Below, piece by piece: positions 1 to 11,783 of a stretch of DNA of 64,000 bases. The first letter of the stretch is position 1; each line of letters begins with the position of its first letter. The stretch is taken from assembly GCA_001643675.2 (NCBI GenBank), contig LSRY02000004.1, positions 496,001-560,000 of the forward strand, read 5' to 3'. The notes beneath the pieces were generated by a model. It was given only the letters and a program-made list of their open reading frames with translations. It was not told the origin of the DNA and ran no database searches. The translations under genes were made by a program, and so were the position numbers. Source of the DNA: Monocercomonoides exilis PA203. Its lineage: Eukaryota > Protista > Preaxostyla.

Positions 1-386
1 CGTTGTCCACAATAGAATTTATATTCTCTTTGAATTATACTGCATTGTTTAGGTATGTAATCCCATGAACAATCTTTTTTTCCCACACATTTAATTCTCT
101 AAATAATGATTTATTTATTGTTATTTAATTAGATGCGGACTTTATCTTGATGGCAATGGCGAAGAGGATATTGGATGGAAACGAGGAAGGCCTTTGTATT
201 TGTCCATACCAAGGTTTGCAAATTTTTTCCTTTGTGCTTATGACCAAAGAAATTTGTTTGCAAACTCATTCTTTTAAACCAAACCAAAATAAAAACACTT
301 TCACATTTGTAAACATAAAAATATTCAACAGATATGCCCAGTTATTGCAGATGATTTGCGAGCATCCGTTCAGCTTTGACTATTAA
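1..386 (+). CDS. 3' end of a UBR1/PRT6-type N-recognin E3 ubiquitin ligase (C-terminal domain), spliced, 5'-truncated by the window
   Basis: Manual splicing at GT-AG introns (exons <1-52, 133-213, 332-386) gives ...LFRCGLYLDGNGEEDIGWKRGRPLYLSIPRYAQLLQMICEHPFSFDY*. This matches the UBR1/PRT6 C-terminal signature YLD.xGE.D...RG.PL.L...RY..L. The ORF track does not recover it. Confidence 0.8.
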
Positions 387-757
387 TCAGCACAGAAGGG
401 AATTGCAGATTTAGGAGACTTCACTGAAGTCATTTTTTGAAGTTAATTGCTTTGTCAATTACTATTTTTTTAAATTCATTTACTCTATATAAAGAAAGAA
501 ATTCTAATAAGAAGTTATTAATGTTATATTCGCTCAACCAAAATCTGAGCGCCTAAAACATCAATTTAAAGGAAACTTTAAAAAAATATTATGCTAACCA
601 AACCACAAAAAGAAGATAGTTAAAATGAAATGAAAAGAGAGAGAGAAATCGAGTCCCAAAAGCAAAATAATTGCGCAAAATCATTATAAAAAAAAAAGAA
701 AGATAGATAGAGAGGGAGAAGTATCATTACTAAAAAAGAAAAAATAAATAAATAAAA

Positions 758-789
<32 letters not shown>

Positions 790-792
790 AAA
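758..792 (+). repeat. (GAAA)n microsatellite
   Basis: About 8 tandem GAAA units in intergenic DNA. Confidence 0.85.
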
Positions 793-854
793 AGTAATAA
801 AATAAAATAAAATATTTTTTTTTGAATTGTTAAGAAAAGTCTTGAACTCAAAAA

Positions 855-1859
855 TCAAGACTTTTCCGCACTACTTGGAAACAGCTTTCTGGGCGGCCTA
901 GGTCTGCGCGATCTTCTTCTATTATTGATATATCTTTGGTGTCTCTCTTCTGGACTGATACTTTTGCATTGTTGTATAATGCTGAAATTAAACGTCTGAA
1001 ACTGCCAGTAATTCTGAAAATTTCCAAATGGGTTGTAATAGATTTCATTAAAATGGGGATGTGTAGAAATGGTTTGCTTACGGTTAGAAACAGGCGCTTT
1101 TTGAGAACCTATGAGGTATGGGTCTGGTTGTTTTTTACCGAAAACACCATCCGCTTCGTATTTTCTTTGAGAGTCTGATGGTTCTGAGCTTTTTGTTAAA
1201 ACCAGATCCGTTGAATTATCCATTGAACGATTAATTAAATTGGATGCATGCATGATTTCCTTTTGAATGAAACCTTGTTCTTTGCTATTATATGAATCAT
1301 TATTGGGAAGTTTCAAAATATCCCATTCCACAACACCTTTAAAATCCATATGCTCAGAACTCTTAGCATCTTCACAAACAATTGGAACCTCGACTGAATC
1401 ACCGTAATCGTCTCTGTCTATATTCAAACATTCTTGTGTATTCCAAAAATCACTTTGAATTTCATATGATTGTTCAGTGCTCGTAAAAGGTAAAATGCAA
1501 TTCTCAGAACCCTCTGAATAGATTGAATAATCCTGATTTTCATCCATATTGCCTGATTGATGATCCCCCAAACTTGCAAAACCTTCTTCCATATCAGGAG
1601 GAAAACAAACCTCAAATGTCGTATTTCCCCCTTCAACAGAGTTTTGTGGAACCATCAATTCAAAAATGTCCTGGTCCCCTTGAAGATCAATGTTGCTTTT
1701 CGAGTTTTGTCTTTCATAGGAGAGATGATCATTTTCAGTTTGTACACATTGAAAATGGCTTAAAGAGGTCAAAATATTCTCTGGTCCAATAGTATTTTCA
1801 TAAATTTGTTCGTTAACAATGCATTCAATGCCTTCAACTTGTTCAAGTGGATAACACAT
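855..1859 (-). CDS. Hypothetical protein with an acidic body and a basic C-terminal tail; may have an upstream exon
   Basis: 334-aa ORF in AT-rich DNA. The ATG is directly preceded by TTTTAG, a possible acceptor. No family recognised. Confidence 0.55.
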   Translation of the reverse strand: MCYPLEQVEGIECIVNEQIYENTIGPENILTSLSHFQCVQTENDHLSYERQNSKSNIDLQGDQDIFELMVPQNSVEGGNTTFEVCFPPDMEEGFASLGDHQSGNMDENQDYSIYSEGSENCILPFTSTEQSYEIQSDFWNTQECLNIDRDDYGDSVEVPIVCEDAKSSEHMDFKGVVEWDILKLPNNDSYNSKEQGFIQKEIMHASNLINRSMDNSTDLVLTKSSEPSDSQRKYEADGVFGKKQPDPYLIGSQKAPVSNRKQTISTHPHFNEIYYNPFGNFQNYWQFQTFNFSIIQQCKSISPEERHQRYINNRRRSRRPRPPRKLFPSSAEKS

Positions 1860-2218
1860 CTAAAAGCTGTCAAATTTGATCTAATACATAACTTATGCTT
1901 GAAAAAGTTATTCCCATCATTTTTTGTTCTTTAAAAAAATATTTTCTTTGTTAAAAAAGGATTACAAGAAATTTTCTTGAAACATTGCTCTTGGAAAAAT
2001 ACACAAATAAAAACAAAAATAACAAAAAGTGATGTGAAAAGGAAAAAATTGATAATTGAATTCTATTTTGAATTTTTAAAATAGAATTTTTTTAAAATGA
2101 TTTGTAAACATTTCTGAGAACATCAAAATACAAAATCAAACAAACAAAAAACAAAAAAGAAAAATAGAAAAAAAGAAAAAGATAAATGCATAACATTAAA
2201 ATCAAGACTGAAAATCTT

Positions 2219-4966
2219 TTATAGAATAACACAACAACCGCAAGATTTTTGATTCTGAGATATTTTAGAAAGATTTTGATTTTTCTGTTGTGGTTCTGAT
2301 TCAACGACGACTGACATCATCGGTATTGGTGCAGAAGGCGATTGCTGGGGCATTGACGATGACGTTGTCGTTACTGAAGTGGAGGAGACAGAAGCAGAAA
2401 GCGGCATATCACGCTGCGGGAATGCATCATTTTGGCTGCTGGTGAGCGGAGACTGGTTCGGCTGAGTCGGCTTCTCGTTTCTCATCTCAACCGCACGCCC
2501 AGCTTTTAACGCATTTTCATCATATCCCACGAAATCTTCATCGCAGTACCCGTCTTCTTCTGTGACGGGGCTCATGAAGTTCGGGAACAGCGGGTTGACT
2601 GCTGACTGCCTTCTGCTCCCGGCCGGAGAAACGCCATCAGACGGAAGCGACGGCGAAGGCGAGAGGCAGAACGTCGTCGACGGCGACGGAGGAAGCGGCC
2701 GACCAGGCGACGACGCAGCACTCGTCTGCGGCAGCTGCGGATTAAACAGCAGGATCACCTGGCTGTCGTCTTCAACATCGTCTTCGCAACCACCGCTGAG
2801 GTTGCCTTCGATGCCAGCGCCTCTCCGCCTCGCCAGCCGCTGGGTGCGCAGCTGCTCGCTGGTGATATCTGTCTCCTCTTCATACAGCCTTCCCTGTCTG
2901 TCTGCTGACCCGTGCGAGGAAGAGTGCGACAGCTCCAACGACGGCGACGGCCTCACCTCTCCTCGCTCGTCAGCACACGCCTGCGGATGCCATGTGGCAG
3001 AGGAAGGGTCGAAGAAGCAGTTCTGCTCTTTGCACTGCTCTGCCGGCAACACATCCAAGCCATCTGCTGCTGCTACTGCTGCTTCAGTTGCCTCGTCTTC
3101 GGGTGCATCATCGTCCAATTCAGAATGATTTCGCGTGCTGTTGTGGAGCAGTACAAGCTTCCCGCTCGCCTTTTGGTGGTCGGTGCTGTCTTCTGACTGG
3201 GGCGTGTTTTCTTTGTCCTCGTCAATCACAAGATACTTCTCTACATACTTGTCTTTGGCCCTCACCGCGTCTTTCTGCTCCATCTCATCCTCCTCCGACG
3301 AGAGAGGTGCAAAGTCAGTGTGTTTTGGCTCAACATAGTTCACCTCATCGATCTCAGAGTCCTCTCTCTGCTTGTCATTCATCTCGTCTGCCACAAACCC
3401 TTCCATCACACCTCCCCGCTCGCTCCCGCGCTGCCCTCCTCTTCCTCCAAAAGACAGCTCCTTCGACTCTCTTTCCCTCTCTTCTGCAAACTTGATCTCC
3501 TCATTCAGCTGCTTCCCAATGTCGAGCCCTTCGTCCTCATCAACATCTTCACCGTCGTCTTCCTCCTCTTCAGCATAAGCTGCCTCTCTTCTGTTCTCCT
3601 GCCTTTCCATTCTGCCCCCATGCTCTCCACCACCATGCCCTTCTCCATCCATCTGATGCTGATGCTGATGCAGCTGTTGCTGCTGCTCCTGCTCCTTCTT
3701 CATCATCTGCAGCATCATCACCCTCAAGTCACTCAGAATATCCATCTTCTCCTCTGGCGACACGGTCTCTCCTGCCATCACACGCTTCGCAATCACTTTT
3801 TCAATCACCGCACTCTCAATCTTCTGCAGCGCCTCCTCTGAAAATATCACCACGTTGTCGGCATTTGGATCTGGCATGTCCTGCGCTTCTGCTCCATTTG
3901 ACTGATGCTGCTTAGCCTTTTCCTTCTCACTCATGGCCGCTTTCAGCATCTCCATCACCATTATCTCCTGCTCTCTTCTCTCTCTTCTTCTTCTCCTCCT
4001 CCTCGCATTGCTCCACTGCCCTCCTTCTTCTCTTCCCCTATTTTTCCTCATCCGCTTTCTCATCATCCGCGCTTCTGCCCTCCCCTCATCCTCGTCTGTT
4101 CCATCATCCGACCCCATCTCATCCTCCCACTCTTCCATTTCCTCTTCCTCATCCTCGTCCTCCTCCTCCTCCTCTTCTCCTGCCTTATGCATCCTGTCGT
4201 ATCGGCTGTGGCTGTGCAGGCTCGAGAACCCAGACGCTGCCCGCTCCACCGTCAGCCCTTCCTGGTCAGCATAGTCGTCTCCTTCATTCGTCATCATCCA
4301 CTCTGCATCCCACCCTTCCTCTGACCCCTCCGAGTCACTGCGCCACCCAGAGTCGTAGCTTTCTCCACTTTCTGAGCGAACTGAGTGAGCTGAATGAACT
4401 GAATGAACTGAATGAACGGAATGTGATGAGTGTGCGGAATGCACCGAGCGAGTGTCGCCTCCGAATCTGCCTTCGCTGCCTGCCCGGTGTCTGTGCTTGT
4501 CCCTCTGCCGCTGCCGTTGCCTCTGCCTCTCTCTCTCTCTCACACGCTGCTGCCGCATCTGCCGCGCCTTCTGCTTGAGGCGCGTGATGGAGAACGTCGA
4601 CGCAGAAGAGCGCGAGTCGAAGGAGGCGTAGGACGAAGCATAGGACGATGCTACAGAAGAATATGCGATTTTTTCTGAGTGAAGTGAGGAGGAAGAAGAG
4701 GAAGGACCAACAGATGGCAAAGAAGAGGAAGAGGAAGAGGAAGAAGGGGTAGGAAATGTTGGTGTGGGTGCAATGGGAGAGGGCTGAAGTGATGTTGGTG
4801 ACATGAGAAATGACGATGACACAAAGAGTGGAGGTGCAGTGGATGAAGAAGATGACTGGTGTGAATGTGGTGATGTGAGGCGAATCTGGGTGGGGAAGGC
4901 AGAAAAAGAAGGGGAATTGACAGAAGAAGAAGGAGAAGAGGAAGAAGAGGAAGAAGAAGAAGAAGC

Positions 4967-4997
<31 letters not shown>

Positions 4998-7285
4998 GTC
5001 GATTGATGGTTTTGCTGCTGTTGGTGTTGTGGAAGGACAGCAGAGGTGTCTGAAATGATGTGATTCTGAATGGGTGCAGTTGTGTTTGAATTGGAGTCAT
5101 GAAAAGAATTAGAAGATGAAGCCAAGACGGCAGATGCAGCTGAAGACGAGGAAGACGCCGAGGCAGAAGAATATGAGTTGAACGGGGCAGACGATGAAGC
5201 AGAAGCAGAAGCAGAAGCAGAAGCAGCGTTGTTTGGGAGTGCTTGAGGAATACCTGCAGATGCTTGTGAGGCTGGTGCATACGATATTGCTGCTGCATCA
5301 GAGCCTGCGTTGTATTGCAAAGAGGAAGCAGAAGCAGAAGAAGAAGCAGAGGCAGTAGAAGCTGATAAAGGTGCATTTGACATGTGAGGTGCAGCTGTGT
5401 TGTGTGAATGGGGCTGCTGAGGCGATGGCTGTGGAATGACAGACTCAGACAAAGAGAGAAGACGGCGCATAGACGACTTGCTATTTCCTGCCCCGCTTTG
5501 CAGAGGAGAATCGATCTGAGGAGATGGCGGTGAGGATGTTTGAGGGTAGTTTGGAGGAGAGTTGGTTGATTGTGCAAAAGAGGAAGAAGAAGAAGAAGAT
5601 GATGATGCTGATGATGGAACAGGAGGACGAGGAGGCCGAGAAAGACTCACAGGCGAAAGATTGGGGTGCTGTGGAGACGCAAGCGGTTGGTTTTGAATCC
5701 TTTGAGATTCTTTGGCTTGCATCTCCTGGCTTGTTGGAGCAGACATAATTCTCCCTTCATTCGAAGCGAGTGGCTGGTTGCCTGTGTCCATCTGATCTTC
5801 ACTTCCTCCGTTTTCTTTCTGTCTGCTTTCTGCCAATTCACTCGGCTTTTCATTGGGAGCCGCATTTTGGGTTAATTTCACCTCTGAATGAGGAGGAATA
5901 AATACCTCTGGTTCTTCCCTTTGTTTAATTTCTTCGTTCAACTTTGGATTTTCTTTGCTCTGTTCATTTTTCCTTTCTTCTTTCTTGTGCTCATCATCGC
6001 TTTCATTCATGTCCATCTCCATTCTTTCTCCTTCTTCTTTCTCTTCCTGCGACTCCTTCTCCTCTTTAGCCTCTTTAGCCTCGCTCTCCCTTCCCCCAGG
6101 TGTCGACGCCTCTCTCCTCCTCCTCCTCTCCCAGTCATACCCAATCGTCAGGGGTAGCCCAAGATCTGTCACCACTTTCTCCATCAACCCTTTCAGAAAC
6201 GCATAGTTCGGATGATCGCCAAACCGCAGCTTGTTCAAGTAGTTCACAAATTCCTCAAACTGATGCGGCAGATGCGCTACCAACCTCGCATTCTGAAACT
6301 CCATCTTCCGCCGGCCAATCGACTCCTTGTCTTTGTCTGCGCTCCACGGAAGGCGTCTCCTCGAAAACTCAACGAGCATGTAGAGAAGAGACCACAAATC
6401 GTCCACTTTTCCAAGTTCCTATTGTTGTGAAATTGATAAAAAATTTGTTGAAATTTTTATTGAAATTGGATGATATCAATTCACAAGTCCAAATTGCAAA
6501 TTCATACCAGATTTTGATGAGAAAAAACGGACGCATAACGTGGCGTTCCTCTAAAGCCAACTTCTCTTCTCTCTGTCATTTCTGATGGCTTCACTCGCTT
6601 TGCAAGTCCATAGTCAATGAGAAAAACAGTATGCTTTTGTCCGTGAAGGCCAATAAGAAAGTTAGCCTTGTTTGTGAAATATGATACAAAAATTAAAATC
6701 AAAACTTGCTTCATAACAATTTTTCTAACAATAACTAACAAACAGGTTTTATATCTCGGTGAATCAAATTTCGAGAATGAAAAATTTCCAATGCTTTTAA
6801 GCACTCCAATCCAAGAAGAGCAACTGTCGGAATAGAGAATTTTCGCTTTTTCCTACTTCTTAAAAGATCTCTGAAGAAAAATGTCAATTTAGAAAAGCAA
6901 TTGTGTAAGTTTCAATAATATACATTAAACTTGGGCCTAAAAGATCCATAGTATAAAAATAATCTTGCCCTATGATTCCAGAATGATGGAGGCGTGGAAA
7001 ATGCTCGTATCCTTACAAAATAAGTATTCAAACGAAGAAAGAAATCATAAAGCTGAAAATGCGAAAAAGCAATAAGAAACCTTGAAGTTCTGTTAATACA
7101 GCAACTTCAATTCGTAAAGATTGAGCTCCAAGAGCTTGTTTTGATTTTTTGATTGCTAAGTCCTGACCCTTCCATTTTGCATGATAGATTACACCAAACC
7201 CGCCTTGCCCAAGTTTCTTGACAATTACGAGCTTATCGGTTGGAGAATCCGAGAGTTGAATAACATCTGGATCTCTCTCGCTCAT
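2219..7285 (-). CDS. Tau-tubulin kinase (TTBK)-like CK1-family Ser/Thr kinase with a long low-complexity tail and C-terminal CaaX; 5 exons
   Basis: Spliced kinase domain: LGQGGFGVIY, AIK, MDLLGPSL, IHRDIKP|ANFL (intron 6667-6744), IDYGLAK, VGFRGTPRYAS, ELGKVDDLWSLLYMLVEF..LPW (last exon from 6418). GFRGT.RYAS and DDLWSL.YMLVEF are TTBK-type. The protein ends KSCGCCVIL*. Confidence 0.88.
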
Positions 7286-7620
7286 TTACGCCAAGAAATA
7301 TGGTGCAATAAGCGTTTTATTTCGATTCTTTTGAATCAGTGATAAAAAATACAAATGAAGCTAACTTTGATCAATTATAAAAATGAGAATTGAAGAAATC
7401 TATTTATAAGATGAAAGATAAATGTAATACATTGCAACAATGAAAAAAACAAGGGAAGCTACCTTTGAACATTTGAAATGATTAGATGAAACAAATAAGA
7501 TTTACTCTTCTCAAGATGCTATCCCCAAATAAAAGAATAACACTCGAATTTGAGCAAAATAGAAAATCACTAAAAATAAAATACATTGAATCGTAGATAA
7601 TGCGAAATGAACTGTAAAAT

Positions 7621-9166
7621 TTAAGCGCTCTTCTTTATAATCTTCGGTTCATTTTGTCTTATAAGATATTCTCCAGCACGAGTCATGTAACGAATCCAGG
7701 GGTGTGTGTGATAGTTGCTTCTCTCTTGCACCTTCAAATGGCGCACTTGAATTCCAGAAAGAGTGAAATACGGAATTTCGAAATGGATCTGAATTGGTGG
7801 CCTTTTTCTTGTCTTCTCCTCTGTTTATTCATAAATACATATCAAAAAATAATGAAAATAACAATTATCAAAAGAGATTCACAGCAAACCGTCAGCCTTT
7901 GTTGTAGGAAGACCCATCTTTGCAACCAATTGTAATTGACGCTGTCCTCCGACATGCTTCATTGACCAGCACAATGCATCTTTCTCGGGCAAGTATTCAC
8001 ACTTTCCCAATGAAACATCAACTTCTGGTGTATCCACGTCAGATGGAACAGGAATCAAAACGCGTAAATCATCTGCTTGGGATTTGGCTTTGTAATTTGT
8101 TGTGATCTAAATTGATGAGAAATTAGTAAAAATACAAAAATTAATTGAAAAATGTTTAATGAATTATTTTTACCAATAAAAAACTTTTAGATAAACCAAA
8201 AACTTTCCATACTCTTATTCCAATTTCTGCTCTGCTCCTTTCAAATTCTCGTGATTGAACATCAACAGTAAACAAAGGTCTCATCTGTTTGCTGATTCTA
8301 TAGCTCATCAGCTCAAATGGGCCATCTGGAGGGATAAATGAAATGGTTCTATCAGATTCAAAAGGACTAAGACGGACGCAGCGATGAAATTTTATGTCTT
8401 CCAAATCGACTGTTCTTAGACCAGTAGATCGAGTGGAATTCCTTCCCTTATAAAATTTTCAATATAAAAATAAATCTTAAAAAAATAAATAATTTCAAAC
8501 AGAACGCTCAAAAACAAGTTTGTCATTTAGTCCAAGACGAAGTTCTGGCATTCCAGAAAGTTGGCAGTTCATATTAACAACTCCACAAATTTCAGATGAT
8601 ATAACATTGCCTGAAGGTTGGACAATAAAATTAACTTCTTCAACAACATCAAGAAACACTTGATTTTGCTTATAGTAAGGAGGAGGATTATCGGGTCTCC
8701 ACGAAACAGCTCCAGTTGGAGGAGGAATAGCTTTAATCTTCTCCATTTTCTTTGATTCTTGGAAAACAGCAGATTTCAAGGCAGAAGCTTCATATGATTG
8801 AGGATATCCGAAATCAAGCATTTCATCAAGCAACTCAAGAATCACTGTGAAGTTATCTCGAATACTTTCTTCTTCAACTTTGTTAAAATATGATTTGAAT
8901 ACAACAATCATCTTACTCAGCATCATTAATACAAGAGCAACATTCAAATTAGATTGACCAACAGCCAAAAAGTAAACATCATGATGTTTTATGTGCACAT
9001 AAGTCATCCCATCAACAACAAAAACAGGTTTCATATTACACTCTTCTTCATCAATGACATTCGCAATAAAATGCCTTGTGCAATTTGCGGTTGGAATATC
9101 CCCTCTGCAATCACGAGATATTAGAACCTTGCCCTTCTGGTCAAGAATGTATAAAACAGAGATCAT
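7621..9166 (-). CDS. AP1M1: AP-1 adaptor complex mu subunit (mu1-adaptin), spliced
   Basis: MISVLYILDQKGKVLISRD.RGD, EESIRDNF..ILELLDEMLDFGYPQ, AVSWR, LSGMPELRLGLNDK, EDIKFHRCVRL..FE.DRTISFIPPDG.FELMSYR. The last exon, translated by hand, is PPIQIHFEIPYFTLSGIQVRHLKVQERSNYHTHPWIRYMTRAGEY...*. An alternative ATG lies at 9187. Confidence 0.9.
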
Positions 9167-9386
9167 TAAAAAACTCAATAATACCATAACTTGACTTTTC
9201 TTATTCAGATTATTGAAAAAAATTTTTAATTTTAAGAAATGAATGTTTGTAATTTATAGTATTAGAACATTATATTAATTGATTGTGTCTTATTTTTTTC
9301 ATTTCATATTCATTAAAAATTTTTTATTTTTGAAATGTTTGTGAATTGATAGGTTTTCAATATTCGAGCTCTGTAAAAAAATTTTT

Positions 9387-11685
9387 TCATTTCCGTTTTT
9401 TGATAGGAATAAGGCTCTCAAAGTTGGCTCTTTGTGCAATTTTCAAAGTATCAAGTGGCTGAAAAAAAAGTTTTGAAGAGAAAGAAATTTTTTAAAAACT
9501 AAAAAACTAAACAGAAAACAAACTGTTAGTGTGTGTTGAGAAGCAACTGCGATCCATGTGTTTTCTGGGCAGCAAGAGACTCCAAAAACAGGTTGAGCTT
9601 CGCCATCCTTCTTTTTCACCATTTTGCTCGTGATCTTTTGCATGTTTACTTCAACATAAAGAAAAATAAAGAACAGAAAAATTGAAGATAAATAGCAATT
9701 ATTCAAGCAAAATGGAAATGAACAAGAAAAGAAAATCTTATAAATAAGTCCACACCATCAAAAGTGATCTCTCCCGGTGCTCCAGGAGTCTGCGATGCAC
9801 GAGCAATGGGAGTAATACTGACATCCCAGAATACGCATCTTGCGTCTTCTCCTCCAGTGACAAGGAGATGATGATTCGAAGAATGCTGCGACGGATGAGA
9901 AAGAGGCACAGAGGGAATATACACACACGAAGAGAAAGACAAAGAAGTAGCACTTTTTGAGTGAGGGCGCAGCTGCAGCAGATGCTCAGGCTTCTGCAGG
10001 TTGTGCAGATCAATGCAGTGGATGGAGCCGTGCTGCGTGGTGCAGAAGAGCAAGTAAGGCGATGAAGAAGGCGGGCAAACAGAAGACGATGAAGAAGTCG
10101 AGGCTGAAGCAGACGAAGCATCAGCTGCTCCAAAGACAGAGGCAGAGGAAGCCATGAGCGAAGGAGGAGGAGATGGAATTGGATGAGTGAAAGGAGGAAC
10201 AAAGCTCATTGATTCGATTCCAGAGCGATCAAGTTTCGTCTTTGAAATATGATAAATCAAAGATGAAGGAACAGTCGGAATAGCTGTATGCCCCAGAGGA
10301 CTCGCTGAAGGAGTACTGAAACCAAAAGGAGATGCCAACGGAGCTCCCGCTTGTGGAGCAACAGCTGCTGCAACCGCAGATCGTATGTCTGTGATGAACA
10401 TATCGCCCGACTTGCAGCCACATACAAGTACGCTTGCTGACATCCACCCCTTTTTGTCGAATTCAGGGTCTCCATCAACCGGACTCCTGCCCCACGCAAT
10501 GCTCAGCACAGTTCGCCCATCGCCGTCCTCGCGAATGAAGTCACAAACATTCAGCAGAGCAATAGGTGTCTCTGTTTGCACATCCCACACACAGACAACA
10601 CCAGTTGTATATCCACATGCAAGAATATGACTGTGCTCTGGATTAGTCTTCATGCATGTGACATGGTTGGGATTCTCCAACTCTTTTCGTTGCTCCTCCT
10701 CTTCTATTTGTTTGAGCTTCTTTTTTAGTGATTTCAGCTTCTGTTTCGTTATTCCTTCGGTTGCTATTTGCCTTTTTATCTTTTCAATTTCACTTTCTTC
10801 TTCTGAGTCATCTTCATCCATTCCTCCTTTAAGCATCTTAGCACCGCTGGATTTCTTTGATTTCTTATGCAAAACCGCATTCAAATCTAGTGTGCCGCAT
10901 GGAGCTCCGGATTTTTCTATGTCAAAAAGTTGAACAACATGATGTGTCATTCCAACTGCAGCTATTCTTGTCATTTTCGTAGATTCACTAGAAGAATAAA
11001 ATCCAGCCCATTCAGCACAAACTGGCATATAATCGAGATCAATTTGATATGCCTTTTCGAAATCTCCTTCTTGACGTGAAAGACGATTCACTTCCACAAC
11101 ATAAGGTTCATTCATTCCAGCAATCTCCTCGTCTTCATCTTCATCATCCGCAGCCATCTTACGGCCTGATTTATCTTTCTTTTTTTTCTTAGGCTTTTCG
11201 CCCATAGAAATCATAATTCGTGGAGCAAGCACATAATCGTCTGTGGTTTTGATTTCAGTCTCTTTTTGCAATTCTTCCAGTTCTTCTTCATCAAGCTTAA
11301 AAAACATAAAATAAGAAACAAAATCAAAATTCAAACTTCTCCAACTTGATATTCATCATCTTTTGGCAAAATTACATCTGGTGGTTTTCCAAAAACTTTA
11401 ATAAAAACATAATTATTTGTAATAAAATCGTTTAAAAAGCATACATTCCAATTCAGGATCATCGTCATAATGTTCCATATCGAAAATATCGTCATCGTCA
11501 TCGTCATCATCCAATTTATGTTTTTTTTCTTGTTTTTTCGATTCTTTTTCTTTTTTCACAGGCTGGACGGTTTTGAGTTTAAGATCAGAAGTTTCTTCTT
11601 GATCTTCAGCTATGTAATCTTCGAAATGAGAGATTGCATTCCATCTTTTACACCAACACACGCTTGGAAATAAAAGAATAGACAT
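9387..11685 (-). CDS. PWP1: PWP1 (periodic tryptophan protein 1)-like WD40 ribosome biogenesis factor, spliced
   Basis: N-terminal CW motif, acidic DIFDMEHYDDD, DYMPVCAEW, AAVGMTHHVVQLFDI, WD repeats (VCVWDV, LLVTGGEDARCVFWDV) and VFGVSCCPENTW occur in PWP1 order. Last exon PLDTLKIAQ...KKRK* with the stop at 9387-9389. Confidence 0.75.
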
Positions 11686-11783
11686 TGTAATTTATTATTG
11701 ATCAAAGTTGATCAAAATTAATAAAAATTTATATTTCAATAAAAAATAAAAAACTAGAAAAAATATCCAAAATCCAAAAGCAA

